Assembly: GCA_026026165.1 (NCBI GenBank)
Contig: JAPEUD010000110.1
Coordinates: forward strand, 1 to 52,138
DNA length: 52,138 bases
Source: Sarea resinae
Taxonomy: Eukaryota
Reading direction: 5' to 3'
Positions 12,916 to 26,248 of the stretch are shown piece after piece (position 1 is the first letter of the stretch; the number at the start of each line of letters is the position of its first letter). The notes under the pieces are model-generated. The model saw only the letters and a list, made by a program, of their open reading frames with translations, ran no database searches and was not told the origin of the DNA. Position numbers and translations under genes: made by a program.

Positions 12916-14270
12916 CTAGAACGCCATGTCGGCCTTATTCGGTCTGGTGTCCGCAGACTCGCCATAACCCTGCTGAGCTTCTGTGTCACCCTCGACCGGT
13001 GGCAGACTGAAGGGTTTAATCGTAAATTTCCGCCGGCTCATACTGAAAGCCAAATCATCGCCCAAACCACTCAAGCCCCCGCCACCGCCGCCCTTTTCGT
13101 GGAAGATCGGAAGACGATGGATCTTTAGCATCCCTTGAGGTGGCTCTTCTTGCGACGTTGCCGCTCCGGACGTCGCGTTTGAGAGGCCGTGGTGAGGAAA
13201 CGGCTCCAGCTCCAGCACGCCGTCGCTCAGGATTTCAGCCCAGCGTACTAGGCCCGAGGAACGAGGATAGAGCTCTGTGGGTAGAGTCGTCATAGCGGTC
13301 AGCCGTGCGGGATATTGGCGGAGCAGGGAGCGTAGGGAATGGAGGAATGGTAGAAGATGCTCGGGGTTGCTGGCATGGGGAGGATAGAGCGCAGGAGACA
13401 GAAGACTGGGAACGACGAGGCGGTGGATAGAGTCTGGGGCAGAGGAATCAATGTGCGCGGCAAGATTCTGCAGGATGGAGTCAAAGGGCGAGACCTGTGG
13501 GCTCGACTGGGAGAGTGGTATGAAGTTTATCTGGACGCCCGGGGGAAAAGAAAGGCGTTTGGTCAGGTCGAATGTATGACAAAAGGAGGTTCGCTGGACC
13601 GAAGCTGTTGTGCTCCTGTCAGGTTGCGATGGCGGAGCTATGGATAAGGTCGATGGTATCAGCCGCAGTCATTATACAGAATAGCAAGATCATTCGGATT
13701 CTATTTTGAATTCCTTCTGGCCTATATACACGAGACACTGGTTTGTAAAGGGACCCTACCTCTGCTTCCAACCACGGAGGCGCCAAACTCGCCCAGGCGC
13801 TCGTACCTCCACGCAATCTTCATTTTATCTTTACTTCCTCTGCGGCTCGTATCCGTCTTCTCTCCCTCATCGGCCGCTCCAACGAGCCCAGGCAACTCTC
13901 GACCCCATTGAGGCCCGGCGCCAAGGACATGGACTGAATGCCCTTGGACCACACCCTCTGCGGCATAGTATCTGAGCAGCGCGCCGGCAAAGTCCGTCGT
14001 GCCACTCTCCTCCAGCAGCAAAGAGGTCCCTAGCGCTAATCCCGCATGGCCGGCCAGAAAGCCGTCGAGAGTCACGGTGCCTGTAGATGTCGTCGGCCGG
14101 CCGTCGACGGGCGATGGGCGGATCCCTGGCAAGGTGGAAGCAGGCCGTGCTGGAGCTGTCGCACTCTGTTCTGGGACTTCTTCCGCGATCCCCTTTGCCG
14201 CCTCTCGCGGCGCTGGCGAGCCCGGCGAGGCAGACGCGGTCAGCGCAACGTTGCGTTTCCGGAACGACAT
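12916..14270 (-). CDS. ELP4: Elongator complex subunit 4
   Basis: MSFRKRN, TSTGTVTLD, EESGTTDFAGALLRYYAAEG, MKIAWRYE, FCHTFDLTKRL and DLAFSMSRRKFTIKPFSLPP. Exons 14270-13760 and 13637-12916. Confidence 0.92.
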
Positions 14271-15510
14271 GCGCTGCGAGAGTGGTGGCGCGTATTGGTA
14301 TCAGGGACAATCTGTGGATTTCGCATCAACGATAGAGGAAAATGATGCGCAGCCCTCGCGAGGCCTTTCGGTATCGATGGGTGTACAGAGTCCAAAGGTA
14401 CCGGGAGGCGTAATGACTTAGGTAAGATACGGGCTTGGATGTCCCGTACCGGTACTGCGGGGGTATCGCAGTAATGAACATGGAAGTATGCGACGATCTA
14501 GCGGGTTATCTTATCTTGATCTTCCTCGAATCTGCAATATCCCTCGGCCCCATATCAGATGATGTCTTCTCTCCTTGAGACTTCCGCTGGTTTTGCGTGC
14601 TCAGATGTGATTTTGTTTCTCTACCTAGCCCGACAGCTCTTCAACAGATAATCAATCTGGATGACTCATTGGGCCGTGGGGATATCTTTTTGCACCTAGA
14701 TGGGAGTCCACCCAGGTGTGCGGCCCTTTTGAGAACCTTGGAAGTCCCGGCATCGTCTACGGTCACTGCACCTTGCGCGTTCCGAGGACCTAAGCTCTTT
14801 CCATCTTGCCGGGTGCTTGGAATCTGTCAATGGACTCTCCAGGAACCTATGCCGGCATCATGTTTCATTCCTCCTGGCCCTGGTTGCTTTCGGGGCGCAG
14901 TGTGAATTGTAATACTCGATGTTGTCCAAGAAAGTGCGATTTCGGTCGAGATGAGAAAAGAGAGTATCTCTGGGGAGGGGAAATGACAGAAGGTAGACAG
15001 GCTGGGGAGGTGCTTTTCCTAAATGGCATTGACCGCAGTCTTGGGACCCGATGGTCATTTGGGCCCTCGATATTGGATGGAACGCCGCTATCGAGACGAT
15101 AGTCAGATACCGATTGCAATCTTGCCCTGCTTGTTATCCTGACATCTGTCATCTTGCCTGTCATCTGTCCATTCCTGCCTCTATTAGTCTTTTTGGAAGC
15201 TGTCAAACTTGCCAGTTCTGGCTCTTCTCACAGCTGTGTACATAAGGCTGACCGGCCCCCCTCAAAGATTTGAAGTCCTCTTCCCGATCCGAACAGACCA
15301 AATCAATTGGAAGTTTCTCGATTTCATCCTTCCTTGCTATCAACATGACTTTAACGCTTTTATAACCCACCTGCCTGCTGACTGCTCTGCTATACGAGCG
15401 ACGAATACCCTCCGCGCACGCCGGCTGGCCTATCTAGTCTTGTCTACGCGCGTACTTACCATCCATACAACAGAGACAATCACCGGAACAGCATCATAAT
15501 CATCGCCATC

Positions 15511-18500
15511 ATGTACTCCTTTTTTGAATCTCTCACCCTTTTCCTGTTCGCAGAGATAACAGTTGCGGCAAACCTCCCCCCAGATCTCATCGGACGTCAG
15601 ATTGAGAACTGGGAAAACTCTCGACATTGGCTCGCCCAGGTCCGCCCGCTCAATTCCACGGGCAACAAGACAACCAGTACGGGCAATGGGTCGCTTTATA
15701 CTGCTGCTAGTACGGTTGTGTTGCCCAGCAGCAGCTTCTCCGTCCCGACTAGCAGCAATGCAACCGCCTCCGCCAGCAGCGCAAGACACTCCACAGCAGC
15801 GATCATTGTTACCGCACCGATCACACGGACCTCACCAACAAACAGCACTTTTGTCTGGGCCAGCACCGGCTTGGTTCTTTTACCCACTTCCTCCTCAGTT
15901 GCCAACAAAAGCCAGCCAGCCAGCAGTAGCTCGAAAGTGCCGGATCCTCGCCCGAATATCGTGAATGTTACCGTCGACGTCGACATCAATATTAACATAA
16001 CGAGAAACCCATTCCCCTTGCTCAACGGGACGACGTTGCTAATCAACGGAACCAACATGTCTTGCACTTCGCCATTTTTTGAGATCAATAACGAAAATGT
16101 TGAGGAATCCAGATACCAGGAATTCTACACGAACTGGTCGATGAGCGCTTGGAGAAGAGACGAGTACAGAGAGATGGGCGAGACAGATCTATTTGCCTAC
16201 GAGATGATCGGTCATCCAGGATGGGACTGCGGCACTCTGTATACCGGCTGTGCGAATCCCGTGTCGTGTGAGGATATTGTGAGCTACCCTGGCCTGGCAA
16301 ATGACCCCGTCAAAGCCAGGCAGGTCTACTTTTCCATGACTGCAATTGTTATGCTCAATCGCTATTCGCACTTGGTCTGGGTAGGTTTATCATCTGTCAT
16401 GATCGGTCTGGCTGTGTCTGACGCAGCATCACTCAGTCCGTACTGACTTCTCTCTAGATGACTACGGATATCGTACAGGACGACCTGAACGGTCTGATGG
16501 CATCTGCCTCAGAGACCTGGTTCTGGCAGCTCGACGTCGCAAAGCTGAAGTCCTGCGAACACAAGAAATTCTTGATTCAGGCCGTCATCATGATTGTCAT
16601 CAGCAGCGTTTTCTCCATGATGGGTCCTATCGTGCGCGCTGCTCTCGGGCCGGCCGCAGGAGCTGCAGAAGGTGGCGCGATGGCCCTGGCAGCAGCTGCG
16701 GGGGAAGCTGCAGAAAACGCGCCTGCTGCTGCTGCGTTGGAGGAGGGTGTACTTCCAGCCCTCGAGGGAGGGGCGGCTGGTGGTAGACCGGGTTTTAGAC
16801 CAAATGTCGGGACTGTACCGGAAGCGGCTGGAGCCGCCGCCCCTGCCGCTGCCGCTGAGAATATTCCTGCTGCGCCGGCAGAGAACGTCCCAGCTGCGTC
16901 GGCAGGGAATGCTCCAGCGGCGCCGGCAGAGAACGCACCAGCAGCACCGGCGGAAAATGCTCCAGCGGCACCGGCAGAGAACGCCCCAGCTGCGCCGGCA
17001 GAGAATGCTCCTCCCCGACCGGCTACCGGACAAGTTGGATCGTCGGAGAGCGGTCCTCAGCAGCCTTCTGGACAGCAGGGCGCTTCGGCCAATGCCCAAA
17101 CAGCAGGATCCCTATCAGTGAAAAAGACTTGGGTCGAAGAAAAGGTCGAGGGTGCCTTTGGCCAAAAGGGCACACAGGTTTTCAAATATGTGAGGAGCAT
17201 CCGGGGTACGCTGCGGAACTCGAAAATGGTCCTGGATAACTTGATGTTCCAGACCGGTTATGTAAGTGCTGAGTTCTCCCTTGTCTGTAAGATCTACTGA
17301 TCAGTGATGTTGTGGTAGTTCATCGGTTTGGGGATTGACGACAACAATTGCAAGAATGTTGCCCCTGGAGACTATCGATTCGATCACATGGCTGGGCTCT
17401 TAAACATCATCCACGATACGTTAAAGGTCTGGCGAGAGGAGATCAGCACGGATATGGCCAATGCGAACAAGGGGCAAGGGTTTGGTCCTAATGGAGGGTT
17501 CGACGGTCTCGATCTGGACGGTCAGTAGCCCCTATTCCCAAGAGATCCCTCAAGGCGATGCTGATCTTTTGGATTCAGGCATGCGGGCTTCCGAGGGTCC
17601 CACACTGATGGCAGACCTGATTGCAGGCGCCAACATTCTGCCTGTCAACGAGAAGATGTTCGAACAATACCTTGATAGGCCACATCTACTGGAAAAGTGA
17701 GTAATTGCTTTGCCCGTTCTGGTCATACATTCCTAATCGAGTTCGCCAGTGTCCTTGAAAGCCGCCTCCTGCGAAGACTAGCATCCTTGACGTATAGGCA
17801 GAATAATTGCTACATCAAATGCCAACAAGCCGAGCCGGGCGACTGCGACGGAAACGACGAACACTACGCGCAGTCGCAAAGCTGTCCGACACCCGACGAG
17901 CTCTGCCAGATCCAATGCTGGCAGAGCAGCCGCAAGGGCGGCAAGGAAGTCGAACTGTGGGGGCTCGACAAGCTCGAGAAGCCGCCATGGAACTTCAAGC
18001 TCGCGGAGATCATCGACCACTCGTGGAACAACTACGCGCGGAACCGGAACCTGGGCGAGACCGACCTGGCCGGCGAGCTCAGCTCGGGCTCCTTCCAGAC
18101 GGACCTGGACTACAGCGTGCCCGTGTGCGCCAGCGCGCACAAGAACATCCGCGCCTTCCGCCAGAACGGCCACCGGCACTACTTCCCCTGCACGTGCGGC
18201 GGCCCCCTCAGCGACGAGACCGAGGCCTTCTACAACCGCACCTACGCGAACATGATCCACGACCGCCACGAGGTCCGCACCGACTGCCTGCACCAGCTGC
18301 GCGACGAGTACGACCTCAGCCCGCTCGAGCTGTTCCTGGGCCTCTGCGGCGCCGACATACCCCGCCGCCACCACCACGACGATCACGACCAGCCCGACGA
18401 GCGCTGCGCCCACGTGCGGCCCGCGGCCCAGGACTTGCTGAACAAGGGCAAGTCGATGCCGGAGCTCAACATCTGGTTCTGCGCCCAGAGCGCCGACGGC

Positions 18501-18704
18501 CGCTCCCTGCAGCACGGCCACGGCGTCCACTGGCACATGTCCGACTTCGACGCGGCGGGCCTGTTCCGCGAGCGGTGCGAGGACTTCTTGACGGGCCTCG
18601 GCCTCACGCGTGACGGGCTGCCGGTCGATGACGCGGGAGGCAGGACGGGGCCGGATAGGCTGGCGGGCAAGTACGAGCCTTCGCTCGATAGGCATGATGA
18701 TTGA
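15511..18704 (+). CDS. Uncharacterised ~980-aa secreted/surface protein with S/T-rich, Cys-rich and Ala/Pro-repeat regions
   Basis: Five exons join in frame via GT-AG introns: 15511-16380, 16458-17261, 17319-17520, 17579-17696, 17750-18704. Hydrophobic N-terminus, many N-x-S/T sites, one internal hydrophobic helix, Cys/His-rich C-terminus. The last exon has strong GC3 bias. Confidence 0.75.
16854..17012 (+). repeat. 24-bp coding tandem repeat, ~6.5 units of (AENAPAAP)
   Basis: Units read AENIPAAP, AENVPAAS, AGNAPAAP, AENAPAAP x3, AENAP, with variable third codon positions. Confidence 0.9.
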
Positions 18705-19701
18705 TGGTTGATGATTGATGGCGGGGATAGGGGCGGGGGATGAGAAACGGGAGATATTCTTGTCTTGTCTTGTCTTGTTTTTTTTATTATTATTATGCGA
18801 AGCTTATATACACACACACACTTACACACATGCATACATACATACCTACACACTTACACGCATACATATGAGAGTTAGACCCCCCAATGATAAGCATGCC
18901 TCTTGATCATAAACCCTAGAAAAGAAGCCCATACATCAGACATCAGACGTGAGTCTTTTAAAAAATGCAACTCGCTGCGAGCCTAATTTGCAAGTCTCGT
19001 GAGATGTATACATTCCCGTAAAGCAGTAGACGAGGCCCCCTTCCTCACTCACTCACTCACTTACTCACTTACTCGCTGCGGTGGTAGTGTGGTAGTGCAG
19101 TAGTGTGGTAGTGTGGTATTAGGTGGTAGGTGGAGGTTGTGGCTGTTGGTAGACGTGGAGGTTGGAGGTTGGATATACTACCTTACGGCGTCCGAATGGA
19201 GCTTGGAAGTTACATTAAAGCCCGCTCCCACCCTCCCCGGTATACTTAGTAGGCCTCCTTAATCATGACGATCCGATCGTCGGACGGAGAGGTCCATATG
19301 TGTGGGTTCCATGCATGCATACATGCACGCACGCACGCACGCACGCACGAAGAAGGAGAGAGAACAATCCCTCAGTTTGAGTGACGGAAGATAAGACGAG
19401 ATGAGAGATTAGATTGGAAACTAACTAAGCCCGTTTTTTGTTTTTGGAGAAATGTCAGAGTGGTTCCTCGCGGAGACTCTTTAATATTTTTTGATTTAAG
19501 AAAAAAACCATTTTGGGACTTTCTCGAGCACGACTATCTAAAGGAAGATGATGGACCAGACAGAAAGAGAAAGCCAGCCAGCCAATGATCGCTCTCTAGG
19601 GAAAATTTCGGAGCCTCCCCCCCCGGTAACGCAGCCAACGCCTTGCCCCTGCGCGGATCGATCATGCCCTCGGTCCTCCTGAGGCCAAGGGGGAGGGGTA
19701 T

Positions 19702-21688
19702 TTAGTGGTGGAACAACCGAGTGCTCTGTTCGACGAACGTGAGACCCAGCTTTTCGGCCGTCTCGAAAACGGGCCCGTCGTTCTGGCTGCCCGTCGGGGA
19801 TGCGATGTACTGGACCCCGGATCGTGCCGCACGGAAGACGTTGTCCGTAAAAGGGAACTAGAACATAGTCAGCTCTGCATACGGATATCTGACTGAGATC
19901 AATCTTACAAAGGCATCGCTGCTAATTGCCACTTCGCCCAGCTTCTTCAGCCACGCTTCTCGCTCCTCTTCGGTAAAGATTGGGGGCACTTCCTCGAATT
20001 TTGCCTCGAAGTCGTCTTTTTCGACGCCGTACTTGGGCACTTGGCCACTGCAAAGCATGTCGATGGCATTGCTCTTGTCGGGTCTCTTCGTCCCCTTTTT
20101 CCACTGGATGTTCAACGCTCGCTCGTGGAAACGCATCCACCAGTTGTCGGCTTTGTCACCGGCCAGACGTGTGCAGTGAATGCGAGATTGCTGGCCAGCT
20201 CCCAGACCAATCACCTGGCCGTTGAGGGCGTAGCAGACCGAGTTCGACTGGGTGTACTTCAGCGCGATCGTTGCAACTGTCAGGTCGCGAAGAGCAGACT
20301 CGGGCAGAGGAGAAGAGTCCTTGGGGACGATGACGGTGTTGAAGGAGGTTTTGGGACTGATGACCGCATCATTCCGGTGCTGCGAAAGCTGGATACCAAA
20401 GACGGTGCGCGTTTCCTGGGCCGGAGGTTCGTAGTTCTCGTCAATCTCGAGCACCAAGTACTTGCCTCCCTTCTTCTTACTCAGTATGGCAAGTGCCTCC
20501 TCGTCATAGGCGGGAGCGATGACACCGTCCGAGACTTCACGGGAGATGATCTTGGCAGTGGTGACATCGACCTTGTCTGAGAGTGCAATGATGTCGCCAA
20601 AGCTGGACATGCGGTCTGCTCCTCTGGCCCTCGCGTAAGCTTGGGCCAAGCCGGAGTTCTCTAGGCCCTCAATGTCGTCGACCATGTATACCTTCCGTTC
20701 CTTTTCGTTGAGGGGCACCCCGATTGCCGCTCCAGCCGGCGAGACATGTTTGAAGCTTGCGGCAGCGGGCATTTGAAGGGCTTGCTTCAGTTCTTTGACT
20801 AGAGGGTACGCGTTGAGGGCATCAAGCAGGTTGATGTACCCAGGTGCGCCACAGAGCACCTTGAATGGCAATTTGCCGCCTTTGACATATGTCGCAGCAG
20901 GCTTTTGATGGGGATTTGCTCCATATCGGAGAGACAGTTGCTGGGAGCCGTCGCCCGCATATCTCTTCCGGAAGAAATCCGAGATGGTCGCGTCATAATC
21001 GGCTGTATGCTCGAAAGCCTTGAGCGCATACAATTGGCGGCTCCTCTCACTGACCTCCCCCTTCTCTAATTCCAGCAGGAATTCGGGATAATCGTGAGGG
21101 TCACTGAGGATAGTCACGCGCGCATGATTCTTAGCCGCGGCACGAATGAGAGTGACCCCGCCAACGTCGATCTCTTCCACAGCCTCGGGAATGGTGACAT
21201 TGATCTTTGTGATCGTGTCCTTGAAAGGATAGAGGTTGCACACGACGTAGTCGACTTTGTTGATATTTTGCTCCGCGAGGTCTTTCTCGTCCGAGGCAAG
21301 ATCGCGCGCCAGGATGCCGGCGTGGACGGCTGGATGGAGTGTCTTCACACGTCCAGAGAGCATTTCCGGCGCATGCGTGATGGCGGAAACATCGCTGTGA
21401 TGGAAGCGCTCAGTAAAGTGGCCAAAGGTGAAATGTTTGCAATCGCGAATAATCAGCTGTAGCATTGAAACTTACTCGACCTCAAAGCCGGCTTCCCTAA
21501 TCAATTTGGCGGTGCCGCCAGAGGCAAGAAGGCGGATGTTGTGCTTGATCAGACCTTTGGCAAGATCCAAAAGGCCCGTCTTGTTGTAGACAGATAAGAT
21601 GGCTCCAACACGCCGTGTCAGCATTCTGCAGAGCGGATACAAAGTGACAGGGCGACCTACCAGTCTTCTGGATCCCGTCGGAAGCCAT
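19702..21688 (-). CDS. ADE17: Bifunctional AICAR transformylase / IMP cyclohydrolase (PurH; ADE16/ADE17 type)
   Basis: [63 protein letters not shown] and the C-terminal RLFHH*. Exons 21688-21661, 21602-21476, 21394-19909, 19857-19702. Confidence 0.96.
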
Positions 21689-22354
21689 GGCGGATGGATG
21701 TGAGCTGGCCAGATCTGAATTGATCGAAACTCACGTCGGGATGGAGGTCAGGTTGAGGTGAGTCTGAGGTGAGTCTGAGGTGCGCTATCGTGGTAGAATA
21801 TTTACATGCCCCGCTTCCCTCAAAAAGATTAACGTGGGGCAGTCAATTCACTGGTCCGTGCCACCGTCTGCGTCGCTGTGTCACTCAGTCGCTCACTCAG
21901 TCGCTCACTCATTCACTCTCCCATTCACGTGATGCCCATGCGATCCGCTGAGGGTACTCCGAGTACGCAACGCAGTAATGTGCAGTAATGCGCAGACACT
22001 CGGGGGCCACAAAGCCACAGAGCCACAGTCATCAGGTTTCAAGTATTCAAATCACTCCTGGAGTGTCCAAACTTGGTGCCGACCACAGACTGCGTAGATG
22101 GAGAGTAGAGCTTACTTTTCATCGAGATTCTACAACCCATTTGAGTGCAGCATTGGTGGCCGGCCGCAGACTTCTGGCCAGGCACGATAGCTATTACTAT
22201 TTGATACGCAGTAGGTGTGCAGGCACGCCGGTTCAAGCTACGACCCCTCCTGGTGGGGGAGGTAGGCAATCCCTCGTAGTCAGGGCGAGCAGATCCTCCA
22301 GAAGAACGCTTTCATCGCGACCCGTGGCACTCATCTCGACCACCTGCCGCGTCC

Positions 22355-23215
22355 ATGGCGGAGCGACTTTCGAGCTCTGTTCCTTCCAATGTGCTCTCGT
22401 TCCCGACCTCCACTCGTTCCTTTCTCCAGCCATATCTCCCGGACACTTCCACGCCGCAGTCATCGCTTTCGAGTCCGAGGCCACCAAGGCCACATGTCAC
22501 GCTAACGTATGCCGCCTCCCTGGATTCTGCCCTCTCCCTGGCACCAGGCACGCAGACCGTGCTTTCAGGTCCCGAGTCAAAAGCAATGACGCACTTCCTC
22601 CGCTCCGAACATGACGCCATCTTGGTCGGCGTGGGGACCGCCATTGCAGATGATCCAGGCCTGAATTGCAGGCTTGAAGGGGTCGGAGGCTACGGGGCTG
22701 CAGGCGTTGAGAAACAACCTCGGCCGATCGTCATCGACCCTCGTGCGCGCTGGGACTTTGTCCACGGAGACCGCAGGCTGTTCAAGACGGTGAAGGCGGG
22801 CAAAGGCAAGGCGCCTTGGATGATATATTCCTCTTCTGTTGAGTCGACGACCGAGGACCACAAGTCGTTCCTCGAGTCCCATGGCGGGCTCGCAATCTAC
22901 CTACCAAGTCGGCCTGAGGGCAATCAGATCGATTGGGGTTCTATTCTGACAGCGCTTGCTGAGCGTGGGATCAAGAGCATCATGATTGAAGGCGGTGCTA
23001 CAGTAGTGACAGACCTGCTAGATGCAGAGAACGCGAAATCGGTGGACTCGGTCATTGTAACGATCGCGCCCACTTACCTCGGGCAAGGGAGCTCTATAGT
23101 GAGCCCTCGTCGCAGGACTGACAAGGGAGGCGCCGCTGTCCCTGCGACGAGATTCCAGAACGTTGCCTGGCAGCCGTTGGGCGAGGACGTAGTAATGTGT
23201 GGAAATATCAGTTGA
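22355..23215 (+). CDS. RIB7: 2,5-diamino-6-ribosylamino-4(3H)-pyrimidinone 5'-phosphate reductase (riboflavin biosynthesis)
   Basis: RPHVTLTYAASLD, SKAMTHFLR, DAILVGVGTAIADDPGLNCR, SIMIEGGATV and VIVTIAP (RibD_C family). Divergent from ADE17. Confidence 0.93.
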   Translation: MAERLSSSVPSNVLSFPTSTRSFLQPYLPDTSTPQSSLSSPRPPRPHVTLTYAASLDSALSLAPGTQTVLSGPESKAMTHFLRSEHDAILVGVGTAIADDPGLNCRLEGVGGYGAAGVEKQPRPIVIDPRARWDFVHGDRRLFKTVKAGKGKAPWMIYSSSVESTTEDHKSFLESHGGLAIYLPSRPEGNQIDWGSILTALAERGIKSIMIEGGATVVTDLLDAENAKSVDSVIVTIAPTYLGQGSSIVSPRRRTDKGGAAVPATRFQNVAWQPLGEDVVMCGNIS

Positions 23216-23931
23216 GCCTCATTTACTCAGAAGAGAGACCTCGCAAATGACGACATATCAACATCTCTTCCGGGACTCTCCTTGCTGTAGGCGTTAGCTA
23301 CTCTGGTACTTTTCCTTTGTTATTTTGGTCTTTCACAACTACCAGAGGGCCAGACAGTGGAAGGGGCTCGAACAGATAGATGAATACGAGCAACCAGCAT
23401 TGAATAGGAGTACCTCCATTTTATCGACATTCTAGTTCTGCTCTTCTGGCCTACCTGCTCATATAAACCGAGGCAATTCAAGATCAAATTAAAGCTTAGA
23501 ATTCTGACCATATTGAAACGGCAATGGGCTCAAAGGTTCTCAAATAGCAGACACCTCATCCGGCAAGCTCCTCTGACACTCATACGAAGAGAGTAATTCT
23601 AGAGCCACACATTGATCCATCGCAGCAGCGGAACCATATCATAGTTGTACTACCCTGTCTGTATCAGTCCGATCTAGCTCCCTCATCGAGTGACGATCAG
23701 CTTCAAGCTCAAGGTAGGTCCGCACTGCACGCGCGGCGTAGCTGCCGGCTGCTCTGCCGACGAATTGCGCGTCGGTAGGATGGAGGAATGAGAGCCTCTA
23801 TCCCTCATCAGCAGTGCGCTATCGGGATCGAGAGTGGGTGGCGCTTTAAAAGCCGAGCTCGAGGACGAAGCCAGGCCGATGGGGCGGAGGCTACTGTAAG
23901 CGTGACTACTATCTCATTCTTTTTTTCTCGT

Positions 23932-24613
23932 TCATCCCTTGTCCACAGCTAAGACAACAGCCGTTGCGTACTCGCCATCGTGACTTAGACTCAGGCGTGC
24001 CTCTGCGCCCTCCAAGTCGCGGTCTTCTTCATGCTCCATACTCTTCCTGATTGCAGCCGTAGCTGTAGCTGTAACCGTCCCTGTCTTCATAGATGCAAAC
24101 GCCGAGGCTGATGCTGCTGCAATCACCATCTGGGGAGCGACCTTCTCCTTATGCCCTGGTGGAACGCGAATCGTGATATCGTGCCATGTGATATGGCGGG
24201 AGCGAATAGCCTTGATGGCAGCTTCTTTGGCAGCGAATCTAGTATTCAGTATCATCAGTAAAATCTTCCGTCTCGAAATGGCTGGCCTTGGTTGTGTTTG
24301 GACTCGCTCGTAGTAGTATGTATTCCACAAACCCATCCTATTTCAACGAAGCACACATAGAGAGGAGAGCAAAACCATACCGTCCAGCCAACCACTCCGC
24401 CAGCTTCCGCATACCCTGTTCCCTTCCATGCCTCTCAATCACATCTTCAACCCTCCTCTCAAACTCTGGCTGCTCGTACAAGTTGAAAATGCGTCGACCA
24501 AATCTTTGCAGCGATTTTCCCTGCGCGTCGCGTGTGATGAGTCGCTGGATGCGCGCGATATGGCAGATGTCTGTTCCAATGCTGAGCGAGGAAGGAAATG
24601 GCATGACGGGCAT
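23932..24613 (-). CDS. PPT2: AcpS-type 4'-phosphopantetheinyl transferase (mitochondrial holo-ACP synthase, Ppt2-like)
   Basis: SIGTDICHIARI, LAGR|FAAKEAAIKA across intron 24380-24239, and LSLSHDGEYATAVVL. The start could be 24613 or 24604. Confidence 0.85.
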
Positions 24614-26248
24614 GGTGAGCGCAAGACGCGCGCGCCAGACGGCAGTTCAAAGCGTAGGTGAATTCGAGAGTGCGTAGGTATGTCGAAGTGGGACGGATGG
24701 AGGTGTGGATTTTGTAATGCATTGTTTTGGCGAGACCGGAACTGAAGTCGATGCATCGGAAAATGCATCCTTGTAAATGTACGCCATTGCTTGTCGTCTT
24801 CATCAATGAAACTCTCAACCCACTCATTTCTAATGAACGAAGCAGACGGTCTGGTATTGATGACCTTAATCAAGTAGTTTCCGCTTCTGCGTCACTAGTT
24901 CCAGACCTGTGGCCCCAGATCGGAATCAGAAATCGCAGATGCGTAATTGGTGGCTTCAATTCCGCGCCGTGTGGGCCCTGCCTGCATATACAAATGATAT
25001 CCTCCATTGGCTTTCTGGCTTTCTGGCTTTCTAGCTTCCTAGCTTCCTAGCAATCGAAAATAAGCAACGTAGATACCAACCGATATGGAACGCATTGGAG
25101 CAGTTTCGCGCAGGTCGATTGATACAAATAGGCAGGACACCGCTCCTCAGCCCGTCATAATATTCAACTATGCGGGTTGAGTCAAAACTGTTCAGAGACA
25201 GATATTCAATCTACAGAACTGTTTCGTTGATTGTGAAAATATTCACAAAGTCACATACTTTGCTTGCTACAGAGCCGATAACACAGGAATTTTCTTCGAC
25301 TTGCCTTTGTTGCCTTTGGTATGATATCCCCGCGAAAGCCTAGTAGGCTGCACCAATGTCCTTACTACTCACTTACAAGCGCATCAATCACGCTCAAGTC
25401 GAAGACTATACTGCCTACCTTTCTACAGCATCGGCTAGAAACCACGGTCTCTAGAAGATCTAGACAGGTGTAGCTAGCTACTTTGTTCAGCCCGAACTCT
25501 ATATTTTATCCAGTCTATACTCAGCATTCTACTCTATGTCGTATCTCACGAGCTGTTGAAGGGTCTTGGAGAACGACTAAAGCACGAGAGAGAGCGAGAG
25601 GAAGAAGAAGGTAGGCATATAAAGAAAATAATTTCTCTCTCTCCCTTTTTCTCCCTTTAAACTCACTGTACCCAAAAGTCGCTGGCTTAAGACCGTTCGA
25701 TCTTTTTGGGTTAATAATGATGATATTAGACCCCCTTCTGAATCCAGTCTCTGATATCTCGATCTGGAGATGCTGTCACTTATAAACTTTCCTGCTGATT
25801 TCGCGTCCCTTCTTGCTCAGGTCTCAGTCTCTGGGAATCAAATTCCACTGTCATACACTTTTGAGGGTTGTATCGCGACTGGCCCGAGTAGGAGTCGTCA
25901 AACGTGTACTTGGGTGGGGCATCGTAGAGGAAAGGCGGTGCGACGCCCGTGATTGATTGCGATCGATCACTAGTGCTCGAAAGTTGAACGAAGGGATGCT
26001 GCTAAACGCTCGACACGAGGGAAGCAGAATTTAGAAGGCCACGACGATGAAAAAATTGTGGAGCGAATGGTAAAGGCAGTGAAATAGGTGTGGAGGTGCA
26101 ATTGATTGGCAAACAGATAATTGCCCTAGCAACAGATACTAAACGACTTATCTGATCGGATTTGGCGAATTCGTCGTCATCAGATCTTCATGCATCTGAT
26201 ACCTGGCATTCACATTTCTCGGTCTCAGTCTCTCTGCGCGCGCATATC

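Noticed and set aside
16854..17012. Regularly spaced repeats as a CRISPR-like array
   Set aside because: These are contiguous in-frame coding repeats with no unique spacers, in a eukaryotic gene.
17778..18695. 305-aa antisense ORF (also 44121-44975, 45939-46688, 49549-50667)
   Set aside because: These are shadow ORFs opposite high-GC3 coding exons, with no recognisable motifs.
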